Shown: one piece after another, positions 9,643 through 18,484 of the stretch
How the letters are laid out: every line of letters begins with the position of its first letter
Position numbering within the stretch: position 1 is the first letter of the stretch
Source of the DNA: Candidatus Latescibacterota bacterium
GTDB lineage: Bacteria; Latescibacterota; UBA2968; UBA8231
NCBI GenBank assembly: GCA_965243025.1
Contig: CBDETY010000003.1
Coordinates: 1,536,001 to 1,600,000, forward strand
Direction: 5' to 3'
DNA length: 64,000 bases
Translations under genes and position numbers: made by a program
The notes under the pieces: generated by a model
What the model was told of the DNA's origin: nothing
The model's database searches: none
Seen by the model: only the letters and a program-made list of their open reading frames with translations

Positions 9643-11529
9643 GTGGCCCCCCTTCCGACGGTGCTGTTCGATTCCCGTGACGGGGCGGGGGGCTGGGCTT
9701 CCCGCTTTTCCGGTTTTTGCGGGGAGGTCGAGGCCCGCTCCCAGGGCGAGGTTGCCACCGCTCTGGAAGAAGTGGAAGGGGCGGTTGCCGGGGGCCTTCA
9801 CGCCGCCGGGTTCGTTTCCTACGAAGCCGCCCCCGCCCTCGACGAGGCGATGCGCACCCGCTCCCCCGGGTCCCTGCCCCTGCTCTGGTTCGGCCTGTTC
9901 TCTGAACGCCGTGAGCCGGCCGGTGACCTGCCGTCCTCCCCCCCGGCAGGCGCATGTGCCGCCGGCTCCTGGGAGCCGTCGATGGAGCGGTCCGCCTACG
10001 CCGCCGCGGTTGCGGAGATCCACCGCTGCATCGTCGCCGGCGATACCTACCAGGTCAACTTCACAACCCGGCTGCGCGCCCCGGTCGCCGGGGATCTTCT
10101 CGCTCTCCACAGCGATATCTGCGCGGCCCAGGGCTCGGGTTACTGCGCCTTCATCGACATCGGTTCGCACGCGATTCTGTCCGCCTCTCCGGAGCTGTTC
10201 TTCTCCCTGGGAGAGGGACGGCTGCGGGCGCGGCCGATGAAGGGGACCCGCCCGCGCGGCCGCTGGCTCGAGGAGGACCGGGCCCTTGCCGGGGAGCTCG
10301 CCTCCGACCCCAAGGAACGGGCCGAGAACGTCATGATCGTCGACCTGCTGCGGAACGATCTCGGGCGCGTCTCCACGGCCGGCTCGGTCGCGGTCCCGGA
10401 CCTGTGGCAGGTGGAGCGGTATGAGACCGTTCATCAGCTCGTCTCCCGAATCGAATCGGAGATCGAGCCGGGCACGACCTTGCGGGAACTGTTCTCCGCC
10501 CTGTTCCCCAGCGGTTCGGTCACCGGGGCCCCCAAGGTCCGCACCATGGAGCTGATCGCCGAGCTCGAGACCTCGCCCCGCGGGATTTATACCGGTTGCA
10601 TCGGGTACCTCTCCCCGGGAGGAGGTACCCGCGGACCGGGGGCCTCCGGACGGGGAGTCGCGGCCATGGAAGCCTGCTTCAGCGTCGCCATCAGGACGGT
10701 CTGCGTCGACCGCGCCCGCGCCCGGGCCGAGTACGGCGTCGGCAGCGGGGTCACCCATTACTCCTCGGCGGCCGCCGAGTTCGAGGAGTGCCGGATCAAG
10801 GCCCGGGTTCTCATCGAACGCCGGCCCCCGTTCGATCTGTTCGAGACCCTGCGGCTCGACGCCGGTGCTGGCGCCTCCGCTCGGGAGGGCGGATACTTTC
10901 TCCGCGACCGCCACATTGCCCGGCTGCTGGACTCGGCGGCCTACTTCGGTTTCGCATGCGATGGGGAGCGGGTGCTCGCCGCCCTCGAAGGCCATGCCGG
11001 CGGCCTGCGCCGGTCAGAAGGCGTGCACCGGGTCCGGCTGGTGCTTTCGCGGACCGGACAGGTGACGGTCGAGAGCCGGCCGCTCGCCCCGGGACCCGAG
11101 GGTCCGCTGCCGGCGGGGATCGCCAGGGATCCGGTGTCGAGCGACGACGTGTTCCTCTACCACAAGACGACCAACCGGCAGGCCTACGAGGAACGCCGGT
11201 CCCTTTGCGGCGCCGAAGAGGTGCTGCTGTGGAACGAGCGCGGAGAGCTCACCGAGACATCCGTCGGGAACGTCGTCGTCGTCTCGGAAGGCAGGCGATG
11301 GACGCCCCCGCGCGAGTGCGGGCTGCTGGCCGGGACCTACCGGAACCTGCTTCTGGAGCAGGGGGAGATCGAGGAGCGGGTGATTGCCGTCGACGAGCTG
11401 AAAGAGGAGGTCTCCGAGCTGTTCATGGTCAACTCCGTGCGCGGTTGGGTTCCTCTCGAGCTCGCCGGCAGCGGGGCATCGGGCGAGGCGCGGGAACTCG
11501 AGCTCGCCGCAGACATGGGAGCAGGCTGA
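9643..11529 (+). CDS. pabB: Fused aminodeoxychorismate synthase component I / ADC lyase (PabB-PabC)
   Basis: YQVNFT, SASPELF, PMKGT, KERAENVMIVDLLRNDLG, FPSGSVTGAPK; C-terminal class-IV aminotransferase fold (LFETL, YHKTT, GLLAGT, NSVRG). Confidence 0.92.
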   Translation: MAPLPTVLFDSRDGAGGWASRFSGFCGEVEARSQGEVATALEEVEGAVAGGLHAAGFVSYEAAPALDEAMRTRSPGSLPLLWFGLFSERREPAGDLPSSPPAGACAAGSWEPSMERSAYAAAVAEIHRCIVAGDTYQVNFTTRLRAPVAGDLLALHSDICAAQGSGYCAFIDIGSHAILSASPELFFSLGEGRLRARPMKGTRPRGRWLEEDRALAGELASDPKERAENVMIVDLLRNDLGRVSTAGSVAVPDLWQVERYETVHQLVSRIESEIEPGTTLRELFSALFPSGSVTGAPKVRTMELIAELETSPRGIYTGCIGYLSPGGGTRGPGASGRGVAAMEACFSVAIRTVCVDRARARAEYGVGSGVTHYSSAAAEFEECRIKARVLIERRPPFDLFETLRLDAGAGASAREGGYFLRDRHIARLLDSAAYFGFACDGERVLAALEGHAGGLRRSEGVHRVRLVLSRTGQVTVESRPLAPGPEGPLPAGIARDPVSSDDVFLYHKTTNRQAYEERRSLCGAEEVLLWNERGELTETSVGNVVVVSEGRRWTPPRECGLLAGTYRNLLLEQGEIEERVIAVDELKEEVSELFMVNSVRGWVPLELAGSGASGEARELELAADMGAG

Positions 11530-12692
11530 TGTACAGAATGGGCGAAGCGGAGCTGAAGCGGCTGCGCAGGCTGATCGAAAGCGGCAAAATGTACCGCTAC
11601 GAAGGGGGGGAGTGCGATCTCTTCGAGGAACGGTGGGCGCGGCACGTCGGGGTCCGGTACGCGCGCATGACGCGCAGCGGCACCGCGGCGATCTACACGG
11701 CCCTGATCGGGCTCGGGGTCGGTCCCGGCGACCAGGTGATCGTGCCGGCCTACACCTACATGGCCACCGCCCTCGGGATCGTCAACGCCGGGGCGATTCC
11801 GGTGGTCGCCGACGTCGACGAGTCCCTCACCCTGTCGCCCCAGGATCTCGAGAGGAGAATCACCCCGCATACCCGCGCCGTGATTCCCGTGCACATGTGC
11901 GGCCTGTCCTGCGACATGAACGCGATCATGAAGATCGCCCGCAGCCGCGGCCTGCTCGTGCTCGAGGACGCCTGCCAGGCGGTGGGGGGCGGGTACCGGG
12001 GGCGCAAGCTCGGCTCCATCGGCCACGCCGGGGCCTTCAGCTTCAACTTCTTCAAGAACATCTCCTGCGGAGAGGGGGGAGCCTTCGTCGCCAAGACCAG
12101 GAAGGTGTTCGACCGCGCCTCGGTTGCGGCCGACTGCTGCGCCTACTACTGGAACCCGGAGATTCACAGCGACGACGTGCAGTTCGCCGGCCACAACTTC
12201 CGCGCCTCCGAGTTCGAGGGGGCGATCATGAACGTGCAGCTGCGCCGCATCGACGGCATCCTGTCGCGCATGCGGGAGCACAAGAAAGCGGTGACCGCCG
12301 CCGGAGAGGAGGCCGGCCTGCGCTCGATCCGCTGCAACAGCATCGACCACGAGTGCGGCTCCCACGCCGGGTTCCTGTTCGACGGCGAGGACCGGGCGCG
12401 CCGCTTCCGCGACCGCCTCGGGCAGGCCGGGGTCGGCTCGTTCCTGCCGATGGACACCGGGCGCCACGTGTACACCCGCTGGCATCCGATCCTGAGGGAG
12501 CAGGGATCGCACCACCCGGCGCTCGATCCCTTCAAGATTCCGGCCAACCGCCGCTGCAAGGTGAACTACTCCGAGGATATGTGCCGCGATTCCCTCGACA
12601 TCCTCGCGCGCGCCGTCCTCATCGGCATGCATCCCGACAACCCGCGCCCGCGGGTGCGCGCCATCTGCAAGGCCGTGGCCGCGGCCGCCTGA
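11529..12692 (+). CDS. DegT/DnrJ/EryC1/StrS PLP-dependent aminotransferase
   Basis: ATG overlaps pabBC stop (TGATG); SGTAA, PVHMCG, EDACQA, FSFNFFKNISCGEGG (PLP Lys). Confidence 0.9.
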   Translation: MYRMGEAELKRLRRLIESGKMYRYEGGECDLFEERWARHVGVRYARMTRSGTAAIYTALIGLGVGPGDQVIVPAYTYMATALGIVNAGAIPVVADVDESLTLSPQDLERRITPHTRAVIPVHMCGLSCDMNAIMKIARSRGLLVLEDACQAVGGGYRGRKLGSIGHAGAFSFNFFKNISCGEGGAFVAKTRKVFDRASVAADCCAYYWNPEIHSDDVQFAGHNFRASEFEGAIMNVQLRRIDGILSRMREHKKAVTAAGEEAGLRSIRCNSIDHECGSHAGFLFDGEDRARRFRDRLGQAGVGSFLPMDTGRHVYTRWHPILREQGSHHPALDPFKIPANRRCKVNYSEDMCRDSLDILARAVLIGMHPDNPRPRVRAICKAVAAAA

Positions 12693-12728
12693 GAAACCGA
12701 CAACCAAATACTGTATCCGAGGCCCGAA

Positions 12729-14039
12729 ATGCACGCGACAGCCCGAACCCTGACCATCCTCGTTTTCTCCGCATTTGTCTGGTGCCCTCCCGCCGGTTCC
12801 GAGGCCGGAAAATCGATCACCATCTGGTGGGCGCAGTGGGACCCCGCGGTGGGACTGCAGAAGCTGGGTGACGAGTTCGCCGCCGAGACCGGCATCGCGG
12901 TCGAGGTGCACCAGATTCCCTGGGCTTCATACCAGGACCAGGTGTTCCTCAACTTCGGCAACAGGCAGACCGACTTCGACATCGTCGTCGGCGACAGCCA
13001 GTGGATCGGCCGCGGCGCCACCCGGGGCCTCTACCTCGAGCTTACCGACTGGTTGCCGCAGCACGTCGACATCGAGGCCATTCACCCCCTCGCGCGCCGT
13101 TTCCTGATGGAGTATCCCCCGGGAAGCGGCAGGTATTTCGCCGCCCCCTGCGAGACCGACGCCCTCGGCTTCGTGTACCGCAGGGACTGGTTCGAGGACC
13201 CTGCCGAGCAGGCGGCGTTCGCGGCGAAGTACGGCCGCCCCCTTCAGCCCCCCGACACCTGGCAGGAGTTCGGCGAGGTCGCCGGGTTCTTCCACCGCCC
13301 GGATGAGAAGCGCTACGGCTGCGCCCTGCTGACCGGCCGCGGCTACGACTCGCTGGTGATGGGCTTCCAGCCTTTCCTTGGGGCCTGGGGCGGTTCCTGG
13401 GGGAACCGGGAGACCTTCGAGGTCGCCGGCCACGTCAACAGCCCGGAGGCGGCCGCCGGGCTGCAGTACCTGATCGAACTGCTGCAGTTCGCTCCCCCGG
13501 GAGGGGTCAGCGCCGATTACATGCAGGTTCTCGACGCCTTCATGAACGGGTCGACGGCGATGGTCCTCGACTACTTTCCGTTCTACCCGGGGATCGTCGA
13601 CGCCATGGGAGACAAGGCCGGGTTCTTCCTGGTACCCCGCAACGGCGACCGCCGCGTCATCAGCCTCGGGGGCCAGGGGTTCAGCATTTCGACCAAGGTT
13701 CCCGCCGGACAGCAGGAGCTCGCAAGGCAGTTCATCGCCTGGTTCTCGCGCACCGAGGTAAAGGAGCGCTGGATCACCCACCCGGGCTGCTTCACCGCCA
13801 ACACCGAGCTGCTCGCCAGCGAGGCGTTCGCCGGGGCCTACCCGTTCAACGCCGTGTTCGCCCAGTCGCTCGACTACCTGATCGACTTCTGGAACGTGCC
13901 GGTGTACAACGAGCTGCTGGCGGCCGCGCAGCGCAATCTCGGAGAGGCCCTCGACGGGGCGAAGGAGCCGCAGGCCGCCCTCGACCAGCTCGCCGCCGAG
14001 CACGAGATGATCATGCGCCAGGCCGGCCTGCTCGAATAG
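12729..14039 (+). CDS. Carbohydrate ABC transporter substrate-binding protein
   Basis: Signal peptide; YRRDWF, PPDTWQEF, LGGQGFSI; upstream of CUT1 permeases. Confidence 0.9.
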   Translation: MHATARTLTILVFSAFVWCPPAGSEAGKSITIWWAQWDPAVGLQKLGDEFAAETGIAVEVHQIPWASYQDQVFLNFGNRQTDFDIVVGDSQWIGRGATRGLYLELTDWLPQHVDIEAIHPLARRFLMEYPPGSGRYFAAPCETDALGFVYRRDWFEDPAEQAAFAAKYGRPLQPPDTWQEFGEVAGFFHRPDEKRYGCALLTGRGYDSLVMGFQPFLGAWGGSWGNRETFEVAGHVNSPEAAAGLQYLIELLQFAPPGGVSADYMQVLDAFMNGSTAMVLDYFPFYPGIVDAMGDKAGFFLVPRNGDRRVISLGGQGFSISTKVPAGQQELARQFIAWFSRTEVKERWITHPGCFTANTELLASEAFAGAYPFNAVFAQSLDYLIDFWNVPVYNELLAAAQRNLGEALDGAKEPQAALDQLAAEHEMIMRQAGLLE

Positions 14040-14055
14040 CGGCCTCCCCGCCTGA

Positions 14056-14277
14056 CAGCCCGTTGATGAAGTTGCTCTGCAGGCGAGGCCGAGTCATGGC
14101 GGTCGAAGACTTGGGGCAGAAAAATCACGAAATCGGATCCGACTCCCACCTGGATTTTTCTGCCCCAACAAGGGCGCGCGACCGGGTCGAATCGCAGGGG
14201 ATTCGGGGAGGGAGCGCAACGATGTATTTCGACCGCCAGGGCCGGCCGCAGCCCGGACGGACTTTTTCAACGGGCCG
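14056..14277. mobile_element. 222-bp MITE-like element
   Basis: TIRs CAGCCCGTTGATGAAGT / ACTTTTTCAACGGGCCG (14/17 match), flanked by CTGA direct repeats (14052-14055, 14278-14281); internal perfect 16-bp and 11-bp stems; no transposase. Confidence 0.75.
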
Positions 14278-14283
14278 CTGAGA

Positions 14284-15228
14284 GTGCCTGCCGCATCCGC
14301 ACCCGGCAGGGCCCCGGGCGCCGCCCGGCGCGGGCGGGAGGGAGGGAGGTGGCTGGCGTACGGATTCGTCGCCCCCGCCCTGGTCGTCCTCATCGGCGTC
14401 AACGTATTCCCCCTCCTCTACAGCCTCGTTCTCAGCTTCTCGAACGCCGAGCTGACCGGCGGCGGCTACCGGATGATCGGCACCCTCAACTACAGCTTCG
14501 TCTTCCTCGACCCGAAGTACGCCGCCGCCTTCCGCACCACCGCCCTGTTCGTCGCCGCCGCGGTTTCCGTCGAGCTGCTGCTCGGGTACGGCCTCGCCCT
14601 GGGGCTGCGCGGGGACTTTCGCGGCAAGGCGGCGGTTCTGACCCTGCTCCTGGTCCCGATGATGCTGCCGCCGGCGGTGATCGGGCTGTTCTGGAAGCTG
14701 ATCCTCAACGGCAGCTACGGCGTCCTCAACCAGGCGCTGGGAACGCTGGGCCTGCCGCAGCCGCAGTGGATAACCGATCCCGGCCTCAAGCTGTTCTCGG
14801 TGCTGGTGATCGACATCTGGATGTGGACTCCTTTCATGCTGCTGATCTCGCTTGCCGCCCTCAACTCGATTCCCGCCGCGGTCTACGAGGCCGCCGCGAT
14901 CGATCGCGCCTCGCCCTGGAAGCTGTTCCGCCGCATCACCCTGCCCATGTCGGCGCCGCTGGTCGGCCTCGCGGTGCTGCTGCGGGCCACCGACGCGATC
15001 AAGCAGTTCGACCTCGTGATGGCGATCACCGGGCCCAACGACGGCTCCACGCAGACCCTGAGCGCCCTGCTCTACCAGGTGATGTTCCGCGACGGCAAGG
15101 TGGGCTTGAGCTCGGCGTACTCCTACGTCGTCCTGGTGGTCGTCATCGCCCTGGCCACGGTCTTCATCCGCTACCTGCACGGCCAGCAGGGCCGCAGCCT
15201 GCAGGGCGGCCGCGGGGAGGCGGCGTGA
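14284..15228 (+). CDS. Carbohydrate ABC transporter permease
   Basis: Six TM helices; DIWMWTPF, YEAAAIDRAS EAA loop, ITLP. Confidence 0.9.
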   Translation: MPAASAPGRAPGAARRGREGGRWLAYGFVAPALVVLIGVNVFPLLYSLVLSFSNAELTGGGYRMIGTLNYSFVFLDPKYAAAFRTTALFVAAAVSVELLLGYGLALGLRGDFRGKAAVLTLLLVPMMLPPAVIGLFWKLILNGSYGVLNQALGTLGLPQPQWITDPGLKLFSVLVIDIWMWTPFMLLISLAALNSIPAAVYEAAAIDRASPWKLFRRITLPMSAPLVGLAVLLRATDAIKQFDLVMAITGPNDGSTQTLSALLYQVMFRDGKVGLSSAYSYVVLVVVIALATVFIRYLHGQQGRSLQGGRGEAA

Positions 15229-16082
15229 CCCCCCTGAGGATCCTTTTCATCGCCGCGTACGGGGCGGTCTCCCTGATGCCGCTCGCCTGGCTCGGGCTCA
15301 CCTCGTTCAAGTCCAAGGCGGACAGCATCAGCACGACAGCGAAGTTCCTGCCCGCGGCGGCCGGGACCGCCGAAGGCATCCGCTTCAAACCCACCCTCGA
15401 CGGCTACCGGCGCCTCGGCGAGCGCTACGCCGGGGCCCGGCACGACTACTTCCACCACCTGCTCAACACCGTCCTCATCGGGCTCGCGAGCACGGCAGCG
15501 GCCGTTTCGCTGGGCACGACCTGCGCCTACGGATTCAGCCGCTTCCGCATCCCCGGTTCCCGGGACTGGCTGTTCTTCATCCTCTCGACCCGCTTCCTGC
15601 CGCCGCTCGCCGTGGTGATCCCGGTGCTGATGATGTACCGGCAGTTCGACCTGCAGAACACCCACGCCGGGCTGGTCCTCCTCTACACCGCCTTCAACCT
15701 GTCGCTGGCGGTCTGGCTGATGAAGGGGTTCATCGACGAGGTGCCTGCCGCATTCGAGGAGGCCGCCCTGGTCGACGGGTACTCGCGCCTGCAGGCCTTC
15801 CGGCTCGTCGTAGTGCCGCGCGTGCTTCCCGGGATGGCGGTGACCGCGGTGTTCTGCATGATCTCGGCCTGGAACGAGTACGGTTTCGCCATGACCCTGA
15901 ACAACCGGGAAGCGGTAACCGTGCCCGTCTACTTCGCCGGGCTTCAGGGTAACGTTCAGGGCCTTCCGTGGTCGCAGATCGGGGCGGGGGTGCTGCTGTT
16001 CGTGCTGCCGATCATCCTGTTCACGGTGCTGGTGCGCCGCCACCTCCTCAGGGGGGTGACCCTGGGGACGGTCAAGCGATGA
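15225..16082 (+). CDS. Carbohydrate ABC transporter permease 2
   Basis: GTGA overlap start; AYGFSRF, FEEAALVDGYS, WNEY, GVTLGTVK. Confidence 0.9.
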   Translation: MTPLRILFIAAYGAVSLMPLAWLGLTSFKSKADSISTTAKFLPAAAGTAEGIRFKPTLDGYRRLGERYAGARHDYFHHLLNTVLIGLASTAAAVSLGTTCAYGFSRFRIPGSRDWLFFILSTRFLPPLAVVIPVLMMYRQFDLQNTHAGLVLLYTAFNLSLAVWLMKGFIDEVPAAFEEAALVDGYSRLQAFRLVVVPRVLPGMAVTAVFCMISAWNEYGFAMTLNNREAVTVPVYFAGLQGNVQGLPWSQIGAGVLLFVLPIILFTVLVRRHLLRGVTLGTVKR

Positions 16083-16279
16083 TCCGCGGCCTCGACCTCC
16101 TGGCGCGGGCCGGCCTGGCGGCGGGAATCGCGATGATGCTGCAGCCGTGGTGGGCGGCGGGTTTCCGTTGGGGCTTCTTCGTCACCGCCGCCTTCACCCT
16201 CCTCCACATCGCGACCAGCCGCCTGCAGTTCCGGGGCCCGGACCGCGAGAGCCCGTCCCTGCCCGGGAGCGGCGAATGA
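16079..16279 (+). CDS. 66-aa two-TM small protein within ABC operon
   Basis: ATGA overlaps at both ends; MIRGLDLLARAGLAAGIAMMLQPWWAAGFRWGFFVTAAFTLLHIATS. Confidence 0.7.
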   Translation: MIRGLDLLARAGLAAGIAMMLQPWWAAGFRWGFFVTAAFTLLHIATSRLQFRGPDRESPSLPGSGE

Positions 16280-17352
16280 GCTTTCTCGAGATCGAGGGGC
16301 TGACCAGGATCTTCCCCGGCGGCGTCGAGGCGGTCGCCGGCATCGACCTCGCCTGCGAGGAGGGGGAGTTCGTCGTCCTGCTGGGGCCTTCCGGATGCGG
16401 CAAGACCACCACCCTGAGAATGCTCGCCGGCCTGGAGACCCCGACCAGCGGGCAGATACGGATCGCAGGGGAACCTGTGGAGGGCCTCCCGCCCCCCCGG
16501 CGCAACGTCGGCTTCGTCTTCCAGTTCTACGCCCTGTACCCGCACATGACCGTCGCGGAGAACGTCGGTTTCCCCCTCGAATGCGACGGCGTCGGCCGCG
16601 GCGAGCGCGGCGAACGGGTCGGCGCCCTGCTCGAGCAGATGCAGCTCTCCCACCTTGCCCGGCGCCGCCCAGGCCAGCTCGCCGGCGGCGATCAGCAGCG
16701 GGTCGCCCTCGCCAGGGCACTGGTTCGGCGGCCGCAGCTCTGGCTGATGGACGAGCCCCTGGGCACGCTCGACGCCGGCATGAGGGCGGAGATGCGCGAG
16801 CTGATCCGTGAGCGGCAGCTCGCCTCGGGGATCACCACCGTGTACGTGACCCACGACCAGGAGGAGGCGATGAGCCTGGCGGATCGCGTGGTGGTCATGG
16901 ACGCCGGCGAGATCTGCCAGGCCGGACCGCCCGCGGAGGTGTACGACGACCCCGGGAACCTGTTCGTCGCCAGCTTCATCGGCAGCCCGGGGATGAATTT
17001 CGCCGAAGGGGAGATCGGAGGAGAACCACCTGTGTTCACCGGCGCCCTCGACGGTGACGGCAGCGGCCGCTTCCCGGTGGAAGGGGGCAGGCCCGGCCCC
17101 GTCACCCTCGGTGTCCGCCCCGAGTTCCTGCGCCCCGACCTCTCCGGACCGCTGCCGGCCACCGTGGTCGTCGACGAGCTGCTCGGCCGCCATCGCAACC
17201 TCCACCTCGACACTCCGATCGGCAGGCTGATCATGCGCCTGGGCGGGGAATTCGCCGAAACGCCGGAGTACCGTCCGGGGGAGGGGCTCGGCGTCGCCCT
17301 CGACCGGGGGCATCTGCGCTTCTTCGATCGCGGCACCGGCCGCAGGATCTGA
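16276..17352 (+). CDS. ABC transporter ATP-binding protein (MalK-like)
   Basis: GPSGCGKTT, LAGGDQQR signature variant, LMDEP, VTHDQ, C-terminal TOBE-like region. Confidence 0.92.
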   Translation: MSFLEIEGLTRIFPGGVEAVAGIDLACEEGEFVVLLGPSGCGKTTTLRMLAGLETPTSGQIRIAGEPVEGLPPPRRNVGFVFQFYALYPHMTVAENVGFPLECDGVGRGERGERVGALLEQMQLSHLARRRPGQLAGGDQQRVALARALVRRPQLWLMDEPLGTLDAGMRAEMRELIRERQLASGITTVYVTHDQEEAMSLADRVVVMDAGEICQAGPPAEVYDDPGNLFVASFIGSPGMNFAEGEIGGEPPVFTGALDGDGSGRFPVEGGRPGPVTLGVRPEFLRPDLSGPLPATVVVDELLGRHRNLHLDTPIGRLIMRLGGEFAETPEYRPGEGLGVALDRGHLRFFDRGTGRRI

Positions 17353-17354
17353 CC

Positions 17355-18413
17355 GTGGCGGTGCTGCAGATCGACGACCTCCACAAGCGGTTCGGCACTG
17401 CCGCCGCCCTGCAGGGGGTCGACCTGGCGCTCGGCGCCGACGAGACCGGGGTGGTTCTCGGGCCCACGGGTGCGGGAAAGACCACCCTGCTGCGCACCGT
17501 GGCCGGGCTGGAGACCCCGGACGCCGGCTCGATTCTCCTGGGCGGGGAGGAGGTCGCCGGCTGGTCCCCGGCGGAACGGGACGTCGCCCTGGTGTTCGAG
17601 AACTTCTCCCTCTACCCCGGCTGGACGGTGCGGCGCAACCTCGAGTTTCCCCTGCGCGCTCCGGGCCGGCGGGAGACTTCAAGGGAGATCGACGAGCGCG
17701 TGCGCTGGGCTGCGGGCATGCTGCGGATCGGGGACCTGCTCGACCGGAACGCGGAAAAGCTTTCGGGCGGGGAGATGCAGCGGGTTGCGATCGGCCGGGC
17801 GGTCGTGCGCCGGCCGCGGCTGTTCCTGCTGGACGAGCCGCTGACCAATCTCGACGCCAGGCTGCGCGAGGAACTGCGCGTCGAACTCGTGCTCCTGCGG
17901 CGCGAGATCGGCCTGCCGATGGTCTACGTCACCCACGACTGGAGCGAGGCCCTGGCGATGGGGGACCGGCTCTTCGTCCTCTCGGAGGGGAAGGTGCTGC
18001 AGCGGGGCACACCCCGGGAGGTGTACGAGCGGCCCGCCTCCCCCGCGGTGGCGCGGCAGCTGGGGCTGGCGGCGACCAACATCTTCCCCGTAGCGGTCGC
18101 CGAAGGCGCAGTGCGCCGCGCCGGGGCCGGGGATGCCCAGGGACTCGAGATCGGACAGGTCGATCCGGAGTCTCCTCCCGCCGCGGCGGAAGCGGTCCTG
18201 GGTATCCGGCCGGATGACATCGACCCGGCGGGTGGAAAACAGCCGGCGCGGGTGCTCGTCGTCGAGGATGCCGGGCCCCTGGTGAGGGTGCTGGCGGAAT
18301 GGGGGGGAGAGCCGATTCACCTCGCCCTCGAACGCGCCGCGCACCGTCCCTCGCCGGGAGAGACCATATACCCGCGGGCGCGCATGGACCGCGCCATCTG
18401 GTGGCCGCGGTAA
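17355..18413 (+). CDS. ABC transporter ATP-binding protein 2 (MalK-like)
   Basis: GPTGAGKTT, LSGGEMQR, LLDEP, VTHD. Confidence 0.92.
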   Translation: MAVLQIDDLHKRFGTAAALQGVDLALGADETGVVLGPTGAGKTTLLRTVAGLETPDAGSILLGGEEVAGWSPAERDVALVFENFSLYPGWTVRRNLEFPLRAPGRRETSREIDERVRWAAGMLRIGDLLDRNAEKLSGGEMQRVAIGRAVVRRPRLFLLDEPLTNLDARLREELRVELVLLRREIGLPMVYVTHDWSEALAMGDRLFVLSEGKVLQRGTPREVYERPASPAVARQLGLAATNIFPVAVAEGAVRRAGAGDAQGLEIGQVDPESPPAAAEAVLGIRPDDIDPAGGKQPARVLVVEDAGPLVRVLAEWGGEPIHLALERAAHRPSPGETIYPRARMDRAIWWPR

Positions 18414-18484
18414 CCTGGGGAAATCGAACCTCGGGGGTCCTTTCCGCCCCGAATGGCGGGAGACCAGGAGGGCGTCACCGGTAC

